Virus record (IMG/VR): IMGVR_UViG_3300007609_001696
Coordinates: 19,267 to 83,266 of that record
Source: a virus
Length of the DNA: 64,000 bases
Strand: one strand, 5' to 3'
The position numbers were made by a program, and so were the translations under genes. The notes below the pieces were generated by a model, which saw only the letters and a program-made list of their open reading frames with translations, ran no database searches and had not been told where the DNA came from. This document shows positions 8,802 to 17,387 of this stretch, piece by piece; position 1 is the first letter of the stretch; every line of letters starts with the position of its first letter.

Positions 8802-9681
8802 TGTTTTTTTCCAATGTATACTGGTCTAGACACATGTCTTCCAGTGATTTAGTGACTACGTTATATTCGCTGGGTGTATCAACCACGCTCATTGGAGTAT
8901 CGCCTGGTCTTCTGGGACCAATTACAACAGGAACTTTTTCTCCTGTTGCGTGTTGCATAGCTCTAACAACCTCGTGTACACTCTGGCCTTTGGTAGTGCC
9001 TAAACTTTCAAACGGTGTATTCTTTGGTCCGCCATTGATAGACGCAAGAATACTATTGCATAAATCCACCACATGAATATAATCTCGCACACAAGTGCCA
9101 TCTGGCGTGTCGTAGTCGTCGCCGTTGACTGTGAGTGTGTCACGTTTTCCTGCTGCAACTTCTGCAGCCACTCTTATGAGATGAGTTGATTCGCCGTGCT
9201 GCGAAAATTCTCCGTCACTGCCGCTTACATTAAAAAATCTAAAGATAGTAAACGCAGGACAAATCTGCTTGATTACATCTTCTGCAGCTACTTTGCTTCT
9301 AGCATATGGACTGTCCATTCCCCATGCACTTGCTGTGCTGGCAAAAATAAAGTGATCTGTTTGAATTGTACTTGCTACAATAGCAGTGCCCATGATGTTT
9401 ACACGGTAGAATTCAAACGGATTGATCCAACTGTCACCAACTGTACTCATGCCAGCCAAGTGAACCACAGCATCATATTTTTTGTTGCTGATGCGTTTAG
9501 GAATGGATTGTGTAACATCAAGTTCTGTAAATTTCTTCACATATGCAGATACATCATTTGATGATTCGTGAATATTTGCATCAACTGCTTCAACTTCAAT
9601 ATTGTTTTGATGCAAAATTTTGCACAAGTGTGCTCCAATATATCCTGTTGCACCTGTTACTAATACTTTTTTCTTGCTCAT
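8791..9681 (-). CDS. galE: UDP-glucose 4-epimerase-like NAD-dependent epimerase
   Basis: TGATGYIG, YxxxK (YARSK), RFFNV, YDTPDGTCVRDYIHV, RRPGD. Confidence 0.85.
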   Translation of the reverse strand: MSKKKVLVTGATGYIGAHLCKILHQNNIEVEAVDANIHESSNDVSAYVKKFTELDVTQSIPKRISNKKYDAVVHLAGMSTVGDSWINPFEFYRVNIMGTAIVASTIQTDHFIFASTASAWGMDSPYARSKVAAEDVIKQICPAFTIFRFFNVSGSDGEFSQHGESTHLIRVAAEVAAGKRDTLTVNGDDYDTPDGTCVRDYIHVVDLCNSILASINGGPKNTPFESLGTTKGQSVHEVVRAMQHATGEKVPVVIGPRRPGDTPMSVVDTPSEYNVVTKSLEDMCLDQYTLEKNNEQ

Positions 9682-10883
9682 TTGTACTCTGTTCCTGAAT
9701 GACTAAAATTTCTGTCTGCCACATGATCTCTGTAGCGATTACCACTTCGCAACCACTGCAATCCGTTGCCCTGCATGATATCTACCATTCGATCAATTGT
9801 GCCGTTGTTCCAGTCTGATATTTCGCCCTGCAACACGCTAGGCTCTTCTAGCCCTGCTAAAATCTTACTTACTGCATCCTCCTTGCTCCACGGAACATAC
9901 AACCGACTAGCATCGTTGCCGAATGTTTCAGGGAAACTACGATATGCAGGATAAACCACATTACATCCTAGTGCGTCTGCTTCACTGACAGTGTTGCTGA
10001 CCCAATCCTGTAGCGCACAATTAAACAGTACTTTACTATCATTGACTACATTGTAATAATCATTCTTCTGCAAGTTCGCCATAATAGTAAGTTTGCCGTC
10101 TGCAACCATCTGAGTGGCACGTTCCAGGTACCGTGGATTGTTGCTACGCAATGGACCACCACTCAGTACTGCAAACTCAACATCTGGACGCACTGCTTTT
10201 ACCATCTCAATTACATCCATAAAGAAGTCTGGCTGTTTTTCTTGGTCAAAGCGTGCTGCAAATACCACACGGTCTTTTCTTTCGGTCCACGGTTTAATAC
10301 GATTGTTTACACGACTTTGAACCTCTGTTTTGCCAAAGCTCAAACCCGAGATGTTGTAGATAGGAGCAGTCCAGCCTGCAATCTTCATATGTGCAACCAT
10401 TTCTTCGTTGGTTGCAAGAATATGTACATTGGGGATTTCATTGCACATCTTTTCGTACAAACTCATCCACTTTTCCATACCCCATACATGAACAAAGTCA
10501 TCTGGGTCAATTGCTTGTGCAAGACAGCGTAGATAAATTTTAGGACGCTGTTCTTCCGGTACCTGACACAAAATATAAGGCAGTGCTTCCATACCAGGCT
10601 GAAACATGTCTTCAAAAAAGATTGCATCGTCAGCAGTAATTTCACCGTTGCGATGCATCTGTACTAGATTCATCAATTGGCTCATGCCAAAATAGCTGCG
10701 ACCGTGTGCGTCTAGTACTTGACCTACCGATATTGATTTGGTATTATCAATTGTTTCACCTGGTACCACAGTGTAATCAATGCCTCTGCGATTGTACACC
10801 TCTGTGCTCCAGTCTTGCAGTTGCAGTGTGTAGCGTCCTTCGTAAGGCTCTAAGCCCATGTAAAAAAGTTTTCTAAAACTCAT
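9678..10883 (-). CDS. GT-B (GT4-like) glycosyltransferase
   Basis: ARFDQEK.PDFF, QDWVSNTVSEA, YRSFPE; resembles phage DNA glycosyltransferases. Confidence 0.75.
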   Translation of the reverse strand: MSFRKLFYMGLEPYEGRYTLQLQDWSTEVYNRRGIDYTVVPGETIDNTKSISVGQVLDAHGRSYFGMSQLMNLVQMHRNGEITADDAIFFEDMFQPGMEALPYILCQVPEEQRPKIYLRCLAQAIDPDDFVHVWGMEKWMSLYEKMCNEIPNVHILATNEEMVAHMKIAGWTAPIYNISGLSFGKTEVQSRVNNRIKPWTERKDRVVFAARFDQEKQPDFFMDVIEMVKAVRPDVEFAVLSGGPLRSNNPRYLERATQMVADGKLTIMANLQKNDYYNVVNDSKVLFNCALQDWVSNTVSEADALGCNVVYPAYRSFPETFGNDASRLYVPWSKEDAVSKILAGLEEPSVLQGEISDWNNGTIDRMVDIMQGNGLQWLRSGNRYRDHVADRNFSHSGTEYK

Positions 10884-10931
10884 TGTTGTGCCTTTGTTTG
10901 AATAAAATTGAGAGCAGTAACTGGTTAGTGT

Positions 10932-11129
10932 TTAACGGCGGTAGCCGCCCCGGGCGTCTTTGCCCCAATGGTTTGTTATTTTTTTACCATCCTTGAATCG
11001 GAGGTAGCTGCTATAAGCATAAGACTTATGTCTATACAAATCTGCCTCGTTGTAGCGATAGCCAAAACGAACACAGAACTTACGGAATTGATCAAGATCG
11101 CTAAAGATATTAGCTACTGCTTGCTTCAT
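10932..11129 (-). CDS. Hypothetical protein
   Basis: 65-aa ORF with AAGGA RBS. Confidence 0.6.
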   Translation of the reverse strand: MKQAVANIFSDLDQFRKFCVRFGYRYNEADLYRHKSYAYSSYLRFKDGKKITNHWGKDARGGYRR

Positions 11130-11170
11130 ACACGTGTTTCCTTATTATTGAGTTACTGCTCTCAAAACTG

Positions 11171-11602
11171 TTAACATCCTACTTCTTCAGCGCCATTAAG
11201 CTCGTTGGTTACTGTCTCTTTAGGATAAAAAATTTCACAACCGTTTTCGTTGTCTTCTGCTACAGAAATTTTTACATCTCTGTTTGGGTATCTGGCTTTA
11301 ATTTCCGCATACAAGTCGTCTGCAATCATTTCACAGCTCTTGTAATCTAGATCAAGTACTGTGGTCGAATGGTCGACTTCTTCGTACAGTCGTTGCAACC
11401 AACGTTTGAACTGTATAAACTCGATGTCGCGATCGTTGTGAAATACTTCAATCCACACACGAAAATGAAAAATATGTCTGTGTGGATATCCTAAAAAGCT
11501 CACATCGTCCCAATCGCCTGTGGCAAGTTTAGGATCTGTGTCCGCTCCGGGATATTTATGCACGCCTTCTTTGGTAAAAGAAACCCAAATGCTTCGATTC
11601 AT
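11171..11602 (-). CDS. QueD/PTPS-like T-fold protein (second paralog)
   Basis: H...HRH metal motif, SCE, terminal EDNENG. Confidence 0.6.
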   Translation of the reverse strand: MNRSIWVSFTKEGVHKYPGADTDPKLATGDWDDVSFLGYPHRHIFHFRVWIEVFHNDRDIEFIQFKRWLQRLYEEVDHSTTVLDLDYKSCEMIADDLYAEIKARYPNRDVKISVAEDNENGCEIFYPKETVTNELNGAEEVGC

Positions 11603-12102
11603 TTTAATACCTCGTCGTTTTTGTATTCTTGCCAGTCAGTGTATTTAGATCTATCCATTAAGTTGTGTAAATTATGACACCATACACCAGGATTAGTCGC
11701 CGCAAAATCCTTGTCATCCAACTTGATCATTGTGTTGTAATTCCACTGACTGATATAAGGTAATGGAATTCTCAACTGTGGAATAAAATTATTGTGTTCA
11801 ATCAAACAACTTTCTAAAAAGTCTTCTGCTTGTGCAATAGGAATATCCAATGTACACAGTATACCCTTGTGCAAAAAATGTGTGATCATAACTTCCCATC
11901 TTTCCCACTCTGCGCCAGCTGGATTGAAGCTGTGATTAGCGCCAAAGAAGATGTGTTCGCAATTGTGTTCAATGTACATTTGTTCAATGTCAGTTGTATC
12001 TTGTATTTCGGTTACAAACAGTGTACGACATCCAAACGCAGGTGTGCGTTCTACTTCGTATCCTATGAAGAAGTTGGTGTTTTCGTGTCCTTCACGATTC
12101 AT
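11599..12102 (-). CDS. Hypothetical protein in the modification cluster
   Basis: 167 aa, coupled on both sides; HIFFGANHSF. Confidence 0.7.
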   Translation of the reverse strand: MNREGHENTNFFIGYEVERTPAFGCRTLFVTEIQDTTDIEQMYIEHNCEHIFFGANHSFNPAGAEWERWEVMITHFLHKGILCTLDIPIAQAEDFLESCLIEHNNFIPQLRIPLPYISQWNYNTMIKLDDKDFAATNPGVWCHNLHNLMDRSKYTDWQEYKNDEVLK

Positions 12103-12313
12103 TTATTTCTGCCTTTAGTGTATTAATACGTTTTAGAGTACTCTCCATTTCGTCTTTGAGTGCAAGCTTGCGCTTTTTCAATTGCTGTACGTGTTCATCT
12201 TCGTCGTATTTCTTGTACTGTTCTACAATATATGCATTTAAATCATCGTGTTGTAGTTTAACACTTTCATAGTGGCCTGTCAACTTATCTACTTGATGTT
12301 CTATACTTGACAT
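12092..12313 (-). CDS. DUF465-like coiled-coil protein
   Basis: H..L......LKKRKLALKDE; GGAGG RBS before MSSIE. Confidence 0.6.
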   Translation of the reverse strand: MSSIEHQVDKLTGHYESVKLQHDDLNAYIVEQYKKYDEDEHVQQLKKRKLALKDEMESTLKRINTLKAEINES

Positions 12314-12314
12314 A

Positions 12315-13772
12315 TTATTCCTCCTCAAATAAGGCACCAAATTGGGTGCTAGCATTTACAGTTTTCTTGCCGACGTTGAGTCTAGTGCCAATCACCTGCA
12401 TCCAGAATTTGCTGTGCTGATCAATCAATTCCAAACTTTTTTCTCTGTCTTGTAAACTGAAAATTTCGTCCACAAGATCTCTGTGTGTAATAGTTTCAAA
12501 ACGTTCGTCAATCAGCATGTGAGGATATAGTCCAGAATCGTATTCTCTGTTGCTACGCTGTGTGCTTTCAATGTGCATCCACACATTGTGCGACATCTGT
12601 AGCGCATAACTAAAACTATCCCACGAAGTTTTGCCTTCCTTGCCTATTTTATTTAGATCACCTGGCTTGTATATACAGATATCTTGAATGCTCAAATGAT
12701 CGCTAATAGGTGATTCCTCAAAACTAGGCAGTATGCCCTCGTTGATCACTACATCACCGAACTTGCGACGGTCTGTTGCATATTTTTTATCATCGGCACT
12801 TGGACTCATCATGTAACTCCATTTGCCTCTATCTTCGATTCTAATATTGTGATATATCTGACCATTTGCAGTAGCAAGAAACGGACTAGCACAATCGTAT
12901 GTGATCATAAAGTTTGGATTGTGATATTTGCGCACTGCACGTTGTATGTCTGTTAGCAAACATGCCCACTCTAGTTTGCTAGTGCCTAGGAAATGCATCA
13001 CATCATGCACGCCTTGTTCTAGCAAACCGTCGTGAATAAGATGTACAAGCCTGCGCAAGATCAAGTGTACATCGCACATGTTCTGACCACCCATTGCCCA
13101 GCCATCAAAGTGTGTTTCTGGGTACTTAGCAGGATCACAATAGTCTTTGAATTCTTCATACCAACTGTCAGCATCAGCATGATTGCTGCCTTGTAACACA
13201 TTCAGTACTTTGAAGTTGCCACGACGGTTAGCCATATAGTATTGAGCATTGATGTGTGTTGCATCAACAGCATCTTGATAACTGTAAATACCACTGGCCG
13301 CGGCCGCTTTAGGATCTTGAAATGTCCAAGTAGGAATATCCAGCATCATACCGTAATCCATATACTCTTCCATCCACTCTACTACCAAGCGGCGTTTTTC
13401 GGCTGCCTTTGGGCAGTTGGGATTTTTCCAATCACCTTCCCATAATCCTTTGGCAATCTGGAATCCGCCCGAATCGCCCAACAACCACGAATTTTCTCTG
13501 TCACGCTGGCGCACCATGTTTTCCTTGGCTATTTCTTTGGCGGTATCAAGGTTTGCATGACCTGCTGAATACAATGCCCACTTGTACTGGAATGCGCCTT
13601 CTTGTACATTTAGAAAGTTTAGTGCTTCAACGCTGCCGAGACCAGCTGGGACCCTTGCAGGATCTACATAGTTTTCTTCACGCTGTTTGCCAATGAAAGT
13701 GGCATAAAACCCGCTTATGCTAGGCAAAAACACAGCATAGTCTTGTTGTGTTGCTGTTAGGTTTTGATTCAT
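12315..13772 (-). CDS. tRNA-guanine transglycosylase fold protein, probably a DpdA-like DNA transglycosylase
   Basis: DSGGFQ, MMLDIP, VLQG, GWAMGG, HFLG, YDCASP; coupled to the sliding clamp gene. Confidence 0.8.
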   Translation of the reverse strand: MNQNLTATQQDYAVFLPSISGFYATFIGKQREENYVDPARVPAGLGSVEALNFLNVQEGAFQYKWALYSAGHANLDTAKEIAKENMVRQRDRENSWLLGDSGGFQIAKGLWEGDWKNPNCPKAAEKRRLVVEWMEEYMDYGMMLDIPTWTFQDPKAAAASGIYSYQDAVDATHINAQYYMANRRGNFKVLNVLQGSNHADADSWYEEFKDYCDPAKYPETHFDGWAMGGQNMCDVHLILRRLVHLIHDGLLEQGVHDVMHFLGTSKLEWACLLTDIQRAVRKYHNPNFMITYDCASPFLATANGQIYHNIRIEDRGKWSYMMSPSADDKKYATDRRKFGDVVINEGILPSFEESPISDHLSIQDICIYKPGDLNKIGKEGKTSWDSFSYALQMSHNVWMHIESTQRSNREYDSGLYPHMLIDERFETITHRDLVDEIFSLQDREKSLELIDQHSKFWMQVIGTRLNVGKKTVNASTQFGALFEEE

Positions 13773-14503
13773 TACTTGCTTTGTGCAGGCAGAATGTAGT
13801 TGTATTCAGCAATACCGCTGTCTACTGTGATCTGTGCAGCACCTGCATCTGAAAACTTGATGGTAGCATCACCCGGCAACTTAAGAATACTCAGCACCGG
13901 TGCTACAGGCCAGTTCCAGCCTTTGCCCAAGTCACCGTTCACATCAGCTTCAAACACAAAGTTTCCAGCATGTGTGCTGTGATCGCCAAAGTAAAACTTC
14001 AAATCGGCGCCATCAGTTTTGGCTACAAATGTAGTTTCTTCAGAGTTGGCTTGTGCTTGAAAATGGAATCTTTGTACACTAGCAATGTTGGGTGTTACTT
14101 CAACATCCCACTGCACTCCTTTGAATTTCACAGTTTTGAGTTTTTCGTTGATGATTTCTGCACTCATAAAACGATAGTCGTTTTTAAAGTCTCCAGCAGT
14201 GTTTTCAAAATGCAAACCCACAGGCACATCTTCGCCGTTGCGTTCTTGTGTGTTCACAGAAATTTTAGCATTTTCTTTGTATTCTGGGATGTTCAGCAGA
14301 ATGTTTAGTTTGTTGAGGTTAGGCATGCCAAATGTACCAACAAAATCCTCAACTGGTGTTTTGAACTTTCCTTGTACAATCACACTGCGGTCTTCGGCCA
14401 TTGCATCGATGACAGTTTCTTTGTCGTTGCCTGTGACTTTGACAGTGTCGATAAATCCCAAACTGTGGGTGTGTTGTACTAGATCTAGTAGGAAATCATT
14501 CAT
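13772..14503 (-). CDS. DNA sliding clamp (gp45/PCNA-like)
   Basis: 243 aa, beta-rich twofold pattern, C-terminal YNYILPA, near polB. Confidence 0.65.
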   Translation of the reverse strand: MNDFLLDLVQHTHSLGFIDTVKVTGNDKETVIDAMAEDRSVIVQGKFKTPVEDFVGTFGMPNLNKLNILLNIPEYKENAKISVNTQERNGEDVPVGLHFENTAGDFKNDYRFMSAEIINEKLKTVKFKGVQWDVEVTPNIASVQRFHFQAQANSEETTFVAKTDGADLKFYFGDHSTHAGNFVFEADVNGDLGKGWNWPVAPVLSILKLPGDATIKFSDAGAAQITVDSGIAEYNYILPAQSK

Positions 14504-14506
14504 TGA

Positions 14507-15445
14507 TTATTTCTCCGTGTTTCTTTGAATTTTTGCAAGAGTCTGTCCTGCTCGATTGTGCTCCAGTTTGCCGGGCTTTTGTATAATAGCATAACTAAAA
14601 TTAGGATAATGATCTACAAGTTCAATTATACTGAATCCTAATCCATCTGTCAAGGATTTTAGCCTGGTTTTGGTCATGTAGCACTTGAGATTTTGTTCTG
14701 CCAAGATACAACTTCCCTGTATCTCGCAATTGTTGTAGCTGAACGCCATGACGCCGCCCGGTCTCAGCAATTGGTAAAATGTTTTGAACAACTCCACCTG
14801 TACACTGTATGGCTTGAATTCAAAGTAGTTTAACGCAAAGATAAAGCCAAATTGTTGTTGCGGCAGAATTGAGAAGTCATCGTTGTTGATCACATATGGC
14901 CGCATGCGTCTTTGATATTTTTCGTTGAATCTATCCATCACTTCGTCCAGCAGTTCTTGATGCCGGTCTACTATGTACAAAGGGTCGCATCCTACCAAGT
15001 GCCGGGTCCACTCCTCCATACACGGATTAAGCTGAAGTCCAGGATAGGTCCAGTCTACATATGGTTTTATTTTTGCAGACAATTCTTTGGTGTACAGATC
15101 TGTGCCATACTGACTATTTTGATATCTAGTTTCGTCGGCATCGCCACTTTGGTAGTATTTTTCGTATGTGCGGTAACTGTCAATGAGATAGTCTTTTTCC
15201 AATTCTTTGATAAGATCGTCAAAGTCGTCGAGCACATTTTTGCTGTAGTTTCTTATGTTAAAGTAGCTTTGCTCAATGTTTTTTAACTCTTGCTCTATAT
15301 GATTCACAGAGATATTTAGACCTGGATTTTTAGAGGTGTGTAATTTTCTACTCAACCCATTGGCCATTTTGCGAATTTGACTCCAGTTTATATCTAAAAA
15401 GTCATCTCTTGCACTGATAATTTTGCTTAATTTACGTTCTGCCAT
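14507..15445 (-). CDS. Class I SAM-dependent methyltransferase-like protein
   Basis: LLRPGGVMAFSY; degenerate motif I. Confidence 0.6.
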   Translation of the reverse strand: MAERKLSKIISARDDFLDINWSQIRKMANGLSRKLHTSKNPGLNISVNHIEQELKNIEQSYFNIRNYSKNVLDDFDDLIKELEKDYLIDSYRTYEKYYQSGDADETRYQNSQYGTDLYTKELSAKIKPYVDWTYPGLQLNPCMEEWTRHLVGCDPLYIVDRHQELLDEVMDRFNEKYQRRMRPYVINNDDFSILPQQQFGFIFALNYFEFKPYSVQVELFKTFYQLLRPGGVMAFSYNNCEIQGSCILAEQNLKCYMTKTRLKSLTDGLGFSIIELVDHYPNFSYAIIQKPGKLEHNRAGQTLAKIQRNTEK

Positions 15446-15446
15446 A

Positions 15447-16430
15447 TTAAAACTCAAACAAACTGTCAAAAGTTGTGCTAGTATCGGTCTTTTCTTTGAG
15501 ATCCCAATCTAGTTCGCCTAATAGATTGTTGACTTTTGCATCAACAATTGTTTCTGTCATTAGGTCGTCATCAAACGGTAATTCTTTAAACCAATTTGGA
15601 ATATGTAATTCGTCAATTGGGTATGCTACACTGGTATAGCCCATGGGATTGTGTTTGAGCTTGCACACAATTGTTTTTTGCCCATCCATTATTTCCATGG
15701 AATATTTGTCTCCGTTCATTTCACGCAGACTATTCCAATTGAGTGCTGCTCTGACGTGGCCCGGCATGTTCACTTTGCCTTTTCTTGCTAATTCATTGCG
15801 AAACTTGGTCAAGTTGTTTACACGTTTGGGTGTGCCTTTTTCCCAACTGGGCATTTGTTTAAATTCCAGTTTAAAGTCACGGATTCGCTCTGTAACATAA
15901 TCTTCACCTAGATCCATCAGTGTATCCAACAAAATACTGCTGAGAAAGTCTTGCATAAACTTTGGTGTGTCCGACCTTTTTAGGTCAAGGCCCATTGCTT
16001 TTACCTTGCCTGGCTTTCCGTCTATGTCTTTGCGCTCGCCTTCGTCATCATAAACCAGTAATGCATAGCGTTTCTTAGTGATAAACAATCCGCTTTCGGC
16101 CACAGCTTCTCGTCCACACTGCACAATTTCACCGTACTTTCTTGGACAAGCAAATGCACGTTTCATGAAGTCAGGAAAGCTCGCAGACACTTGTTCGCCA
16201 ATTTGATCATACAATTGTACTACTGTGTCTTTGTCCCAGGTCATGGTGCCTGATTCAACTTCCTTGCGCACAGCCGGCCATGCACTAAAATAGCAGGAAT
16301 CTGTGTTGTGTAAAAGAATATCATTGCCAAAAAAGAATGGATCGCCATCAGCAATACTTATATCGTAAACATAATCATCGTCGGTGTTAACAAGCTCTAC
16401 AGATTTTACTCGTTCTCTGATAGTATCCAT
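15447..16430 (-). CDS. DNA polymerase B C-terminal half with an N-terminal split-intein C fragment
   Basis: VYDISI...FFGNDILLHN|TDS; KKRYA, KAMGLDLKRSDTP; AAGGA RBS favours a start at 16430. Confidence 0.92.
   Translation of the reverse strand: MDTIRERVKSVELVNTDDDYVYDISIADGDPFFFGNDILLHNTDSCYFSAWPAVRKEVESGTMTWDKDTVVQLYDQIGEQVSASFPDFMKRAFACPRKYGEIVQCGREAVAESGLFITKKRYALLVYDDEGERKDIDGKPGKVKAMGLDLKRSDTPKFMQDFLSSILLDTLMDLGEDYVTERIRDFKLEFKQMPSWEKGTPKRVNNLTKFRNELARKGKVNMPGHVRAALNWNSLREMNGDKYSMEIMDGQKTIVCKLKHNPMGYTSVAYPIDELHIPNWFKELPFDDDLMTETIVDAKVNNLLGELDWDLKEKTDTSTTFDSLFEF
16305..16430 (-). mobile_element. Split intein C fragment (about 42 aa)
   Basis: Block F VYDISI, block G HN followed by Thr+1. 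Confidence 0.9.
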
Positions 16431-17362
16431 TTTTTGCATTCCTTTAAAATTTTATTGGGATTTTCTAAAAATTCACTTTCCCAAATAACTAAACATTTAA
16501 TATTTCTTTCAGACAGTAAAAGTTTTATTTTTTGACTATCTTCTTTCCATATATCACTGGCAACCTTGTTAACAACAGAATGGTAATAATTTTCAACAAA
16601 AAATTTAGGATTGCAGTGCCAGTAATCTCCATTATATTCAATTGCTTTGTTGTTGTGCACTATATCATAAAAATTAGCTTTGTTATGGCCGTAGACGCAG
16701 TACTGTTTTGTATTGCACGAATAGTCTAAGCTAAATCCTAAATATTTTTCTAATTCATCTACAAAAAATTTTTCTGTATTGCTAACATAATTTGTAGTAT
16801 GTACTCTTTCCTGCAATATTATTACTGCCGTTTCTGTATCGCAATTATATCTTTTACAAATATTTTCTATAGAGTGTGATTTTTCTTTGCAGATTTCTTT
16901 ATATTTTTTTGTACCTTGTTCTTTGCCATACTTTTCTACAAAATAATCTATGGTATTTGTGTATGCTTGTCGCTCGCAATAGTTTTGCCAGCGTATTGTG
17001 CCTTCCGCTTCTCCGTGTTTTTTGATTAGATTTTTCAGTGTAACTGCTCTACTTTTGTTAAAGTCTTCAAAATCTTTATCTGTCCAGCCGTATTTTTCTT
17101 TTTTATATTCATAAGAATTAGAATATGCCTGTTTTTGTTTATATGCCTGCCACCGCAGTTTTCCTTCTTCGACTCCGTGTTTTTTAATTAGATTAGATTC
17201 AGTGACGGCTGTATTTTTTGCTAAAGCGTCATCTACAAGTTTTGCTTCCGGATAAACTTTTTTGTATTCTCTACCGTTTGCGAATCGTCCTGTGCAATTA
17301 TATTTGAAATGTGTCCATTGCAATCTTGGGGCTTCAAAGCCGCATTCTAAACATTTAGGCAT
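16406..17362 (-). CDS. Free-standing homing endonuclease (Vsr/DUF559-like EDxHD type)
   Basis: N-terminal CxxC..H, K(H/Y)G.E.G repeats, C-terminal YD....AIEYNGDYWH...IWE. Confidence 0.8.
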   Translation of the reverse strand: MPKCLECGFEAPRLQWTHFKYNCTGRFANGREYKKVYPEAKLVDDALAKNTAVTESNLIKKHGVEEGKLRWQAYKQKQAYSNSYEYKKEKYGWTDKDFEDFNKSRAVTLKNLIKKHGEAEGTIRWQNYCERQAYTNTIDYFVEKYGKEQGTKKYKEICKEKSHSIENICKRYNCDTETAVIILQERVHTTNYVSNTEKFFVDELEKYLGFSLDYSCNTKQYCVYGHNKANFYDIVHNNKAIEYNGDYWHCNPKFFVENYYHSVVNKVASDIWKEDSQKIKLLLSERNIKCLVIWESEFLENPNKILKECKKWILSENE

Positions 17363-17387
17363 ATGGCGATACTCCTGTTGTCATAAA

